NCBI GenBank assembly: GCA_040755995.1
Contig: JBFMAF010000036.1
Span: 32,001 to 96,000, forward strand
DNA from: Acidobacteriota bacterium
GTDB lineage: Bacteria; Acidobacteriota; CAIWXX01
Length of the DNA: 64,000 bases
Reading direction: 5' to 3'
Made by a program: the position numbers and the translations under genes. Positions 45,414 to 56,813 of this stretch are shown piece by piece (within the stretch, counting starts at the first letter, position 1; every line of letters starts with the position of its first letter). The notes beneath the pieces were generated by a model that saw nothing but the letters and a program-made list of their open reading frames with translations, searched no databases and was not told the origin of the DNA.

Positions 45414-47045
45414 CTACCTGTTGAAGCGATACACCTCGTAACGGGAATCGTCGAACACGATAATGCCTCGTTCGTAGATCCGGAAAACGCGCAATTCGGG
45501 ATTCCAGCGGAACGTGTGTTCCTCTGTGATCCGGCCTCCAGCCAGCCTGCGCACGATCATCTCGCCGGGACGCGGCGCGTCGATAAGCCGCATGGCGTCT
45601 CCCATGTCGAAAACGCAGAGCGGTTTGAGCGGACCAACCGCGGCCTCCATGGCGCCGGTCTGCAGGTCGAGTACGCTGATGCTCTCATCCACGCAGACCA
45701 GGACTCGTCGTTGTACGGCCGGCGACCATGTCACGCCCAGGCGCCTGGCTCTGCCTCCTATTTCAAGCACCGTGACCGGCTCCGCAGTGAGATCGTAGAG
45801 CCGCAGGGCCTCCTGCGTGCAGAGCAGCAATCGAGATCCGTGGGCTGCCCAGGAGTCGGCCGCGCCGAGCCGAAGCGGCTCTGCGCCGGGAGCGGCGATC
45901 CATATGCTCCCGGCGATCTCTACCACGAATCGCAACGGATCATGAACTGCGTGAAAGAGGTATGGATGACCCGTGGTTCCTGCTGGCAGCGTGATCCGTA
46001 GCGGCCGGACCTGGTCCGGGCCGACCTGTAGGACCAGGTATTCATTCGACGCCTTTTGCGCGGCGAGCAGGTAGAATGCCGGCCCGCAGACGGCACCGGC
46101 CTCCAGAGGACGCCCGCTGAACAACTCCCAGCCCGTGGGCAGTGCATATAGCTCGCGCATGGCGCCGGTGGCGAAGTCGAGCCTGGCCAGGGACTCCTCC
46201 ATACCGCCTAGCCCGTTGCGCCGGACCGAGACATATGTGATCCCCGCATGCTGACGCAGCGGATGGATGCAGCCGGCGTAGCGGCGTTCTTCCGCGCCGC
46301 TAATCCATTCAGTCGCCCGGCATGTGTCGCACGTGATGCGGACGATGGCGCCGTCATCCAGAATGAAATGGCATCGCCAGCGATAGGGGTGAGCGGCGTA
46401 CAGAGCGAACGCGCTCAACGCCGCCAGCACTCCGGCCAGCGGCAGGAACGTGCGGTTGAAATGGGACAGAGGTCGAACGTCCAACCGCCGGAAGGCGAAC
46501 ACGAAGAGCGGGCCGAGCACGAAAAGCGGCAGGCTCGATCGCTCCATGAGCCTCCCGTAGTCCAACATCGGATCCAGCCACTTCATCAAGGCGGTGAAGC
46601 CTCCGCTGAGAAAGACCGTGACGCAAAGCGCGGCAAAGAAGCTCCTGAAGCTCACCGAAAGCGACAGCGACGCGACGAAGAAGGCGAGGATCAGAAGCGC
46701 CAGCGACGAGAGCGGCAGGAGGGACGGCGGCTCCAGAAGACTGTAGAGCACCGCGTACAGGCAGTAGACGAGTGCCAGGCACAGGATGCGTGGAAGAACC
46801 TTGAGACCGAGAAGGCGCACGCGCGACGCAGGCAGTGCCAGCATGAATTCCAGCGCGCCGTCTCTCCTCTCGCGATCCAGCAACGACCACCCGCAGAATG
46901 ACGCATAGAGCAGGAGGAAGATCTCGAGAGCAGGGGCAAGATAGTCGTCGTAGCGGGTGAACACGATTCCCGCTGTGATCGATGCCAGGACCAGCAGCAG
47001 CACGGCACCTTCTTGCAGCAGCCTCTTGAGCTCAAGCGCTACCAT
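45414..47045 (-). CDS. ABC-2-type permease-like membrane protein with large extracellular beta-rich domain
   Basis: ERRDGALEFMLALPASRVRLLGLK (ABC-2 permease motif); about 6 TM helices; overlaps the ATPase gene. Confidence 0.75.
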   Translation of the reverse strand: MVALELKRLLQEGAVLLLVLASITAGIVFTRYDDYLAPALEIFLLLYASFCGWSLLDRERRDGALEFMLALPASRVRLLGLKVLPRILCLALVYCLYAVLYSLLEPPSLLPLSSLALLILAFFVASLSLSVSFRSFFAALCVTVFLSGGFTALMKWLDPMLDYGRLMERSSLPLFVLGPLFVFAFRRLDVRPLSHFNRTFLPLAGVLAALSAFALYAAHPYRWRCHFILDDGAIVRITCDTCRATEWISGAEERRYAGCIHPLRQHAGITYVSVRRNGLGGMEESLARLDFATGAMRELYALPTGWELFSGRPLEAGAVCGPAFYLLAAQKASNEYLVLQVGPDQVRPLRITLPAGTTGHPYLFHAVHDPLRFVVEIAGSIWIAAPGAEPLRLGAADSWAAHGSRLLLCTQEALRLYDLTAEPVTVLEIGGRARRLGVTWSPAVQRRVLVCVDESISVLDLQTGAMEAAVGPLKPLCVFDMGDAMRLIDAPRPGEMIVRRLAGGRITEEHTFRWNPELRVFRIYERGIIVFDDSRYEVYRFNR

Positions 47046-47853
47046 ACTTGCCTCCCACGATCGCCCGCAGCATCTCCGCCAGCGTCAGGTGCTCGACTCG
47101 TCCAGTCAGGGCCTCGTTGTCGGGGCACGGGTACACATAGAACTCACTGCCCCCTTGCCAGTCGTGCCTGTACACCACCGGCAACCCCTCGGGGATTCGG
47201 TCAGCCAGCACCCGCACGAAGTTGCGCTTGAGCTTCTCCAGAGGTTCATCTATGACCGTGCGGCCGCGATCGAGCACGACCAGTCTTTCCACGATGCCCT
47301 CGATGTCCGACACGGACTGCGCTGCCATGATAACACCCAGTCCGTCTTCCTCGATCCGGCGCAGGATCGTTTGCAGAAAAGCCTCGCGAAGATGCGGATC
47401 GAGAAAGTGGAGCACGTCGTCGATCAGCAGGTAGGAAGGGGAGGTGGAAAGCGCCAGCGACAAGAGGAAGAGAGTCTTCTCGCCTCGCGAAACCGAATCC
47501 ATGCGCCGGCGGAGCTCGAAGGGGTATTCAGCCGCGGGCTTGAACTGAAAGCCCGGATAGAACGTCGAGACCAACCGTACGGCTTCTCCGAGGCTCAGGC
47601 TGTCATAGAACGCCAGCGACGACGGCAGATACGCAATTCCAGTGCGCATCCCCGGCCGCATCGTGCTCGTGCCTATCTGGACGCGGCCCTTGCTAGGGAG
47701 CAGCACGCCTGCGAGCACTCGGAGCAGCGTCGTCTTCCCCGCTCCATTGGGCCCAGCCAGCAACACGCACTCGCCCCGCGGGAAACGCAGCGACACATCG
47801 TTCAGAGCGGTCTTGCGGCCGAACCGGACCTCGAGTCCATCAATCCCGATCAT
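47032..47853 (-). CDS. ABC transporter ATP-binding protein (YtrB-like, degenerate motifs)
   Basis: GPNGAGKTT; signature VSRGEK; Walker B LLIDD. Confidence 0.9.
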   Translation of the reverse strand: MIGIDGLEVRFGRKTALNDVSLRFPRGECVLLAGPNGAGKTTLLRVLAGVLLPSKGRVQIGTSTMRPGMRTGIAYLPSSLAFYDSLSLGEAVRLVSTFYPGFQFKPAAEYPFELRRRMDSVSRGEKTLFLLSLALSTSPSYLLIDDVLHFLDPHLREAFLQTILRRIEEDGLGVIMAAQSVSDIEGIVERLVVLDRGRTVIDEPLEKLKRNFVRVLADRIPEGLPVVYRHDWQGGSEFYVYPCPDNEALTGRVEHLTLAEMLRAIVGGKYGSA

Positions 47854-48218
47854 GTCTCCTCCGAGAAGAACTCGTTTACCATCTCGCGGATCGCCTCGGC
47901 AGAGACGCCCATGGCCACCGCCTTCTCCATCAGCCTCAGGAACTCGTCGCGCACCAGCTTGAGCTTCTCTTCCTCAGCGGGGCGATCCGCCTTGACCCAG
48001 AAACCTTTGCCGGCGCGACCGTCGATCACGCCGTCCTGGGTCAGCTCACGATAGGCCCGAACGACGGTGTTCGGGTTGATCTTCAAGAATGCAGCCAGTT
48101 CCCGAATCGACGGGAGTTCGTCCCCAGACCTGAGCGCCTCCTGAGCCAGCGCCTGCTTGACACATCGCTTGATCTGCTCGTAGATCGGCACCGGTGACGC
48201 GAATTCGATTTTCACCAT
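47850..48218 (-). CDS. GntR-family regulator, YtrA subfamily
   Basis: PIYEQI...LPSIRELA..LKINPNTVVRAYREL...GKGFWV; short C-terminus; precedes an ABC exporter. Confidence 0.92.
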   Translation of the reverse strand: MVKIEFASPVPIYEQIKRCVKQALAQEALRSGDELPSIRELAAFLKINPNTVVRAYRELTQDGVIDGRAGKGFWVKADRPAEEEKLKLVRDEFLRLMEKAVAMGVSAEAIREMVNEFFSEET

Positions 48219-48235
48219 GCTCAACAACTTCGTAC

Positions 48236-48277
48236 TCACTGTATCACAAATATAATACAGTGATACGGATTTGTCAA
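48236..48277 (-). promoter_or_regulatory. Sigma70 promoter with overlapping YtrA-type operator
   Basis: Minus strand TTGACA (48277-48272), 17 bp, TATATT (48254-48249); inverted repeat TCACTGTAT-N10-ATACAGTGA at 48236-48263. Confidence 0.85.
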
Positions 48278-48497
48278 GGGGGCTCTGGCGGGCCGGTGGG
48301 GCGGAGGGCGGTTGGCAGGACGGCACTCAGCAGGGAGGACGGCGATTTCGCTTTGACCGCCCCCCCGCGCGGACCTTAGAATGGGCACCCGGGAGACAGC
48401 AAGTGGGAGGGATTCGAAGCGGCGCTCGACACTGCCTCGGCCCGGCTTGTAGTCGCAGCCTTGGTCGCTGCGCGCGTAACCGCTATCGAGCACTCGA

Positions 48498-49919
48498 TTG
48501 ATCTTCACGAGCCAGGCCTTCTTCGTCTTCCTTCTGGTTGCCTTCGGCCTCTACTGGATTCTGCCCAAGACCGGCTTGCGGAATCTCGCGCTGGTCGTTT
48601 TCAGCTACATCTTCTACGGCTTCGCGCATCCATGGCTCTGCGTCCTGCTCTTTTCGATGACCTTGCTCAACTACGCTTGCGCGCTCTGGATGGGAACTCA
48701 CCCTGCCAGACGCCGCGCGCTCCTCGCAGCCAGTCTGCTCGGAACCCTGGGAGCGCTCGGCACCTTCAAGTACTTCAACTTCTTCCTCTCGGGAGTGGAA
48801 GCCCTCGCGGCCGTTCTCGGGCTCAGTCCCGGCCTGCCGGTGCTCGATGTGCTTCTCCCTCTCGGCATCTCTTTCTACAGCCTGCAGCTCGCCGGTTACT
48901 CGATCGACGTCTACAGAGGGAGCATCCGGCCATGCATGAGCTTCGTGGAGTTCGCGCTCTTCGCATCGTTCTTCCCGCAGATCGCGTCCGGGCCGATCGC
49001 GCGCGCGAAGGATCTGCTGCCGCAGATCGCGGCGCCGCGCCGGTGGAGCTGGCATCTGATGGGTGAAGCCTCCGAGCTCATGCTTCGCGGGCTGTTCAAG
49101 AAGCTGGTCGTGGCGGACAACCTCGCGGTCTACGTGAGCAAGACCTTCATGCTGCAGCACCCGCCGCTCACTCTGCTCGTCGTCGGGGCCGTCACCTTTG
49201 CCGTGCAGCTCTTCGCCGACTTCTCCGGATACACCGACATGGCGCGTGGAACCGCGCGGCTCTTCGGGTTCAGGCTGGTAGAGAACTTCAATGCGCCGTA
49301 CCGCGCCGTGTCGCCGTCTGATTTCTGGAGGCGCTGGCACATGTCGCTTTCCACCTGGCTCCGCGACTACATCTTTCTGCCGGTGACCTACCGCATCGCG
49401 GCCAAGATCGAGTCGGATCGCGTTCTCGGCATGAAGACCGAGTCCTTGGCCTACGTCTGTGGAACGCTGGTCACCATGGGGCTCGCCGGGCTGTGGCACG
49501 GAGCGGCCTGGAACTACATCGTGTGGGGGCTGTACTACGGAGGGCTGATGAGCGCCTACCATCTGCTCGGCGTGAAAGGCAGCTGGTCACCGCGTGGGCT
49601 CCGCGCGCTCGGCGCGACAGCGCTCATGTTCAGTTTCACCCTCTTCGGTTGGATGATTTTCCGCGCGCCGAGCCTGGCGTGGCTTTTCAGGGCGCTCGCG
49701 CACCCCGTGCTCGGGGCAACGGGCAACGCTCTATACGTCTCCTGCATGGTTCTAACCACCACTGCAGTCCTCGCGCTCCCGCTCCTCATCCTCTACACAC
49801 TGGACTTGCGCTGCCCGCGCGGAGGTGCGGCCCATACGCTGTTCTATTCTCTGGCAGTGCTGGCGATTGCGGTCCTGCAAGAAAGCGGGGCGCAGCATTT
49901 TGTGTACTTCCAGTTCTAG
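48498..49919 (+). CDS. MBOAT-family O-acyltransferase (AlgI/PatA/DltB-like)
   Basis: LPLGISFY, FFPQIASGPI, DFSGYTDMARG, FWRRWHMSLSTW, GLWHGAAW; C-terminal FVYFQF. Confidence 0.95.
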   Translation: MIFTSQAFFVFLLVAFGLYWILPKTGLRNLALVVFSYIFYGFAHPWLCVLLFSMTLLNYACALWMGTHPARRRALLAASLLGTLGALGTFKYFNFFLSGVEALAAVLGLSPGLPVLDVLLPLGISFYSLQLAGYSIDVYRGSIRPCMSFVEFALFASFFPQIASGPIARAKDLLPQIAAPRRWSWHLMGEASELMLRGLFKKLVVADNLAVYVSKTFMLQHPPLTLLVVGAVTFAVQLFADFSGYTDMARGTARLFGFRLVENFNAPYRAVSPSDFWRRWHMSLSTWLRDYIFLPVTYRIAAKIESDRVLGMKTESLAYVCGTLVTMGLAGLWHGAAWNYIVWGLYYGGLMSAYHLLGVKGSWSPRGLRALGATALMFSFTLFGWMIFRAPSLAWLFRALAHPVLGATGNALYVSCMVLTTTAVLALPLLILYTLDLRCPRGGAAHTLFYSLAVLAIAVLQESGAQHFVYFQF

Positions 49920-49927
49920 GCTCCCAT

Positions 49928-50926
49928 ATGACGAAAAGGCGTCTGGTGCTCATCGCGGTCTTCGCCGTTCCTCTATTCCTATCGTTGTTCGTCCGCGCTC
50001 CGGCGGGTTACCTCGGCAGCGAGATCGCTGGAGAGCTCGAACGGATCAGCGATACGAGACCCAACCTGGTCTGCATCGGGAACTCGCTCGTCGAGGCGGC
50101 GGTTGATGCGCACGCGCTGGAGAAGCTCACCGGAGCCCGGTCGCTGGTGATCCAACGAGGAGGTGCCTCATCCGCCTGCTGGTATCTCATCATGAAGAAC
50201 GTGGTCTGCGCATCGCCGCACCGACCGCGATACGCAGCCGTTTTCTTCGTCGATAGCGCGGTGACGCTGCCGACATTCCGTGTAGAAGGGCGCGACCGCA
50301 CGAACCGCATCGACCCGTTCTCGCTCGCAGAAGAACCGATTCTGCACAAGCTCGCCTATCCCGACGAGAAGTGGCGCTTGGCCTTCTACCTCGAACAGAT
50401 CTGGCCGCTCTTCAGGTACCGCGATCATTTCAAGGCGAGACTGTTGGACATGCTTCAGGATGCTCCACTCTACACCCTGGGTATCCCTGCAATCGAGGAT
50501 CGGACCGCCGAGAAGGCCTTCACCATGGTCTTCCCTGACAAGCTGATGGATCCTGCCCTGCTCACACGGCTCCAACTCGTCGAGGAAGACGAGGAGACGC
50601 TGCCGCCTCGACCATACGACTTCGAATACTGGACCGGTCGCTCCTTCCTGCCTCAGTATATCGGTCTCGCTCGCCAGAACCGTATCCAGCTGATTCTGGT
50701 TCGCATGAAGCGCCGTCGAGACGCGCTGGAGGTTCCGTCGCCGCCCGGACTGGAGCAGTACCGGCGAGACCTGCAGGCCTATCTCGCACTCGAGCGCATC
50801 CCGTTCCTTGACTTCACCGGCGATCCACGGATCAAGCTGAAGCACTTCTCCGCCGGCGATCACCTTCAGAACGAAGACCTCTTCACTCGCATACTGGCAG
50901 CATCCCTGAAGCGATTCCTGAAATAG
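49928..50926 (+). CDS. SGNH/DltD-like periplasmic partner of the MBOAT protein
   Basis: N-terminal TM helix; IGNS block I; FSAGDHL C-terminal catalytic-His-like motif. Confidence 0.7.
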   Translation: MTKRRLVLIAVFAVPLFLSLFVRAPAGYLGSEIAGELERISDTRPNLVCIGNSLVEAAVDAHALEKLTGARSLVIQRGGASSACWYLIMKNVVCASPHRPRYAAVFFVDSAVTLPTFRVEGRDRTNRIDPFSLAEEPILHKLAYPDEKWRLAFYLEQIWPLFRYRDHFKARLLDMLQDAPLYTLGIPAIEDRTAEKAFTMVFPDKLMDPALLTRLQLVEEDEETLPPRPYDFEYWTGRSFLPQYIGLARQNRIQLILVRMKRRRDALEVPSPPGLEQYRRDLQAYLALERIPFLDFTGDPRIKLKHFSAGDHLQNEDLFTRILAASLKRFLK

Positions 50927-51032
50927 GCGGCCGTCGCGGTTCCGACGCGGAGCCGGGTCGCTCGCTGCGATGGGCTTGCGCAGGGACAAGCAGAGTGGTA
51001 GGTAGTAGGTGGAGACCCATTAGAGGAGGCGT

Positions 51033-51380
51033 GTGATGAAGCGAATGCTCGTGAGCTGGTTGCTGAACACGCTCAGCATCCTCGTCGTGGCGCACCTGGT
51101 GCCAGGGATCCGCGTGGCCGGAATCTTATCCGCACTGATCGCATCGCTGGTTATCGGATTCGTTAACGCGACGCTCGGCGTCTTCCTCAAGGTGCTGACG
51201 TTGCCGCTAACACTCGTTACATTCGGTCTGTTCTTGCTGGTGATCAACGCGGCGATGCTGAAGTTCTCGTCGCTGCTGGTGCCGGGGTTCTACGTCCAGG
51301 GCTTCTGGGCGGCGTTCATCGGTGCGATCGTGTTGAGCCTGCTGAACATGCTGCTCCGGTACGTGGTTGGCAGGAGATAG
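51033..51380 (+). CDS. YvlD-like 4-TM membrane protein ('phage holin family')
   Basis: LTLPLTLVTFGLFLLVINAAML...PGFYVQGFWAA. Confidence 0.9.
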   Translation: MMKRMLVSWLLNTLSILVVAHLVPGIRVAGILSALIASLVIGFVNATLGVFLKVLTLPLTLVTFGLFLLVINAAMLKFSSLLVPGFYVQGFWAAFIGAIVLSLLNMLLRYVVGRR

Positions 51381-51621
51381 CGGACGAGGCCGTCAGCCGC
51401 GAACGATCGGAAGCCCCGCCGTCGCCAGGTAGAAGGTGAGAAGGACGATCAGGCCGACCCATGCGGCCTTCGGGACCGGCCTCAGCTCAGGCACAGTGGG
51501 GCTCCTCAGCCGCCACAGCGGGTGGCCGGCGCAATCCTGGCACAGGCCGTGTGCGCACGCCGAAACAAACAGCAGCTCGATCTGCTTCGACCTGATAGAA
51601 TAGGCGGCGGCATTTGGGGAC

Positions 51622-52647
51622 ATGGGTGAGGTAGCACGCATCGGTGTCGCTGCGGCGACGAAGTCGCTCCGAGCCGCGAGTGAAACGTCGACGCGGTCTC
51701 TATTCGAGACCGCCGCAGGAGGGCCCACCGAGTCAGGGGCCGACGATCGTTCGGAGTTCAACAAGAGAGTCGATCTGCGGGCTGGCGCCATCCTCAACGA
51801 TCGTTATCGAGTCGAGAGTCGTATCGGCGAGGGCGGATTCGGTGTCGTGTTCGAGGCGACCGACCTGACGCTGAAGTCACGCGTCGCATTGAAGTTCCTG
51901 AATCCGAGCCGAACATCGGACGAACGTAGGTTCGTGCGAGTGCGGCGGGAGATCAATCTGGCCCGGAGGCTCACTGATCCGCGGCTGGTGAAGGTGTACT
52001 CGCTGGAGCAGTGGGACGGCATCTGGTTTCTGGTGATGGAGCTCGTGCGGGGGCGAAGCCTGGAGGACGTGCTCGCAGAGCGGAAATCGCTCCCATGGCA
52101 GGAGTTCCGCGCCACGTTTCTGGGGATTCTCGATGCAGTCGCCGTGCTGCACGCAGCAGGCATTGTCCATCGCGACCTGAAGCCGTCGAACGTCATGATC
52201 ACTGACGAGGGCCAGATCAAGCTACTCGATTTCGGGCTCGCCAGAGAATTGAACGACTGGGAGAAGACGCCGTCGCCGGGAGAGATCGTAGGATCACCCG
52301 AGTACATGTCCCCGGAGCAGGCAGCGGGAGCGAACGTGGATTTTCGGTCGGAGGTGTATCAGCTCGGCCTTGTCCTCTACCGGGTGCTGTCGGGTCGGCA
52401 TCCTTACGACGGGATTGACACGCTGCAGCTGATAGTGCGGCACATGCGAGGAGAACATCCGCCCCTCCTGGGCTGCAAGGCGCCGGAGCTGCCTGCGTTC
52501 GTCCAGTGCGGCCTCGACAAGGCACTGCGGAAGCGCAAGAGCGCACGATTCGCATCGGCGATCGAGATGGCCCGGTTCTTCCGCAGCGGTAAGCTGACGC
52601 TCGGACAGCGCGCTCTGTCACGATACGCGCGAGGGAAGGGCAGGTAG
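51622..52647 (+). CDS. Ser/Thr protein kinase (catalytic domain only)
   Basis: IGEGGFGVVF, VALK, HRDLKPSN, DFGLA, GSPEYMSPEQ. Confidence 0.92.
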   Translation: MGEVARIGVAAATKSLRAASETSTRSLFETAAGGPTESGADDRSEFNKRVDLRAGAILNDRYRVESRIGEGGFGVVFEATDLTLKSRVALKFLNPSRTSDERRFVRVRREINLARRLTDPRLVKVYSLEQWDGIWFLVMELVRGRSLEDVLAERKSLPWQEFRATFLGILDAVAVLHAAGIVHRDLKPSNVMITDEGQIKLLDFGLARELNDWEKTPSPGEIVGSPEYMSPEQAAGANVDFRSEVYQLGLVLYRVLSGRHPYDGIDTLQLIVRHMRGEHPPLLGCKAPELPAFVQCGLDKALRKRKSARFASAIEMARFFRSGKLTLGQRALSRYARGKGR

Positions 52648-52743
52648 CCTGCCGCCGCGGCTGATCTGGCGGCGCCGTCTCCACCGTCAGGCTTGCAGGC
52701 GGCACGTGCGGTCATTGATCCCAGACTGAGGTATCACCCAGAC

Positions 52744-52783
52744 CTATCAACCGATGTATAAACTATAAACCGGCAGTTTATAG
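52744..52783. promoter_or_regulatory. Candidate enhancer (UAS): inverted repeat plus degenerate copy
   Basis: CTATAAAC-CGGCA-GTTTATAG (52763-52783), preceded by CTATCAACCG 19 bp earlier. Confidence 0.5.
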
Positions 52784-53065
52784 CCCCAGCTGTCCCCCGA
52801 ACCTGAGCGCGTCGGCACATCTCCTCGCCCGCTGGGCGTCTACTCCGACCAGTGAATACCGCTCGTAGACGATGTCTTGCCGCTGGTTGCGCACTTGAAA
52901 GGCAGTCGCGAGCGCCATATTCTAGGCTCATCACGGCGGGTACTTTCCGCGTGACCCCACACATGGAAGCCGTGTACCGGAGGTGATTCTTGGCGCGTCG
53001 CCGGGCGGATCATGGAGCGGCCGCTGGAGGCCCGCAGGGTGCAGATGATGAGCGCGTGATACGGC

Positions 53066-53081
53066 TGGCATCGAGTGTGCA
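53066..53081 (+). promoter_or_regulatory. Sigma54 (-24/-12) promoter upstream of the sigma54 activator gene
   Basis: TGGCAT-CGAGT-GTGCA (GG-N10-GC). Confidence 0.6.
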
Positions 53082-53115
53082 TGTGGATTCAGACAGAGGG
53101 AGGGCAGGGAGCCGC

Positions 53116-54909
<1,794 letters not shown>

Positions 54910-54957
54910 ACTAATCAGGGGCGCGGCCACTCTCTACACTTCGGAGGTCTCGCCTCG

Positions 54958-56655
54958 CTAATCATTCATCCGGTATCGGCCCTTCATCGCGTACACATGC
55001 TCGTTCCACACGCGATCGATGCGCGCGCGGTCCACAGCGGGCTTGCGGATCATTCGCAGCGCCAGCTCCATCTGCTGCGCCGTCGTCGAGCTCTTCGCAT
55101 ACAGCTCGACCGCGTGCCGCGAGAAATCCCGGACGAAGAAGTCAAAGATCTGATCGAGGATATCGTTCGGAATCCCCTGGATCTTGGAGCTCTCGATGAT
55201 GAGCTGGCCGTAAGGAACGAGCGTGAAGAGCTCGCCGAGCGTCAGCAGGAAGTCGATGTCTTTCACCTGTTCGTCGTTCGGCGTCGCCCTCATGAGGAAA
55301 TCTTTCAGTGCTGCGATCTGCTCTCGAAAGACGGCCACGTTGGGCAGATCGACGCTCTGGTAGGCCAGGTCGCAGCCGTGGAACCGGACCTTGCCAAGCC
55401 CCTTGGTCGGGCCCTGCCTGAAAAGGAAGTCATCGTTGCGAGGCTGGTCTTGCGTAGGAAGCTCCGCGTAGGCCGCCGGATTGAAGAAGTAGTTGGCCAT
55501 GAACTTCACGACAAGGGCCATGTTGACGTGAGCGGTCCCCTCGAGCTTCGGCAGCGCTCGAATGTCGCGCGCGGCCATCTCGAAGTACGTTTCCCTCTCG
55601 AACCCCTTCGCCGCGATGACGTCCCAGAGCAGGTTGATGACCTCCTCGCCCTCTATCGTCACCTTCATCTTCACCAGCGGGTTGTAGAGCAGGTAGCGCC
55701 GGTCCTCACCCGAGGCCGCGCGCATGTAGTCCGACGCGCGGAGCGCGAAGAGCTTCATGGCGAGGAGCCGCGCGTACGCGTCGGTCATGAGCTGGCGGAC
55801 GTGCGGGAAGTCTGTGACGGGATGCCCGTACAGGATCCGATTCGACGCATGATCGATGGCTTCGTAGAAAGCATGCGTACAGATCCCGATCGAGGCCCAG
55901 CCGAGATTGAACTTGCCTACGTTGACCGTGTTGAGCGCCGTGTCCCACGCTTCCTGCCCTTTGACCAGGATGTCTTCCTCGGCGATCGGGTAGTCCCTCA
56001 GAGCGTACTCGGCCACGTACGACTGCGAGTTGACCACGTTCTTCACGCACTCGTACTTGCCGTGTTTGGTGCCGACGACGAAGAATACGTAGTCCTTTGT
56101 GCCGGCCATCCTGCCGAAGGTTGAGACCAAGGCGGCCTCATTCGCATTGCCGATGTAGTACTTCCTGCCGTTAGCCCGGTACGAGCCGTCGCCCTGCGGC
56201 GTCAGGCTCATCTCGGTCGAATAGAGGTCGGCGCCATGTTCCTTCTCGGAGAGCCCGAAGGCGAAAATGCCGCCGCCTTCCAGAAGCTCCGCGGTCTTCC
56301 GCTTGATCCCCTCATTCCCGCTCATCCAGATCGGCCCCAGACCGAGAATCGAGACCTGCCATGTGTACCAGTAGTGGAGTCCGTAGAACGCAAGGATCTC
56401 GTTGAAGTCGCAGTTGCGATAGGTGTCCCAGCGGCAGCCGGCCGCACCGTATGGTGCCGGCGTGAGCAGTGTCGCGAAGAGCCTCTCCCGCTTCTGAAAC
56501 TCGAGGAAATCCGCATACCAGACGCGCCCGCGGTCGTCCGCTTTCAATTTCCCCTTCCCCTTGGCCTCGAAAAAGTCGATCGTCTTCAGCATGATCTCCT
56601 TCGACCGCTCGTCGGCGTACCGGCGCGTGTGCTTCTTGGGATTCAACAGAATCAT
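54958..56655 (-). CDS. Acyl-CoA dehydrogenase family protein
   Basis: AFGLSEKEHGAD, ANGRKYYIGNA, LPKLEGT. Confidence 0.92.
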   Translation of the reverse strand: MILLNPKKHTRRYADERSKEIMLKTIDFFEAKGKGKLKADDRGRVWYADFLEFQKRERLFATLLTPAPYGAAGCRWDTYRNCDFNEILAFYGLHYWYTWQVSILGLGPIWMSGNEGIKRKTAELLEGGGIFAFGLSEKEHGADLYSTEMSLTPQGDGSYRANGRKYYIGNANEAALVSTFGRMAGTKDYVFFVVGTKHGKYECVKNVVNSQSYVAEYALRDYPIAEEDILVKGQEAWDTALNTVNVGKFNLGWASIGICTHAFYEAIDHASNRILYGHPVTDFPHVRQLMTDAYARLLAMKLFALRASDYMRAASGEDRRYLLYNPLVKMKVTIEGEEVINLLWDVIAAKGFERETYFEMAARDIRALPKLEGTAHVNMALVVKFMANYFFNPAAYAELPTQDQPRNDDFLFRQGPTKGLGKVRFHGCDLAYQSVDLPNVAVFREQIAALKDFLMRATPNDEQVKDIDFLLTLGELFTLVPYGQLIIESSKIQGIPNDILDQIFDFFVRDFSRHAVELYAKSSTTAQQMELALRMIRKPAVDRARIDRVWNEHVYAMKGRYRMND

Positions 56656-56813
56656 CTTTCTCTCCTGTCCAAAATCAGCTAGGCTGTGCCTCCGATCAAC
56701 CAGAACCGAACATCAGGGCCCCTGTTAGATACCAGCGATCCGGGTCCGCGATCAAGTCCCTCCCGGCGGGTGCCGGACGGGACCTTGTGATATACCTACC
56801 AGTGGTGGTCGCG

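Noticed and set aside
49493..49927. N-terminal extension of the 477-aa ORF (likewise extensions at 1685, 7744, 28393 and 52990)
   Set aside because: These overlap upstream genes or promoters; downstream ATGs with RBS or signal peptides are the better starts.
51033..51380. Prophage signalled by the 'phage holin family' gene
   Set aside because: YvlD-like proteins are common chromosomal genes; no endolysin, integrase or structural genes nearby.
52884..52899. Second sigma54-like element TGGTTGCGCACTTGAA
   Set aside because: Has GA instead of the conserved GC at -12 and a poor -24 half. Its position about 100 bp from the inverted repeat is suggestive but not enough.
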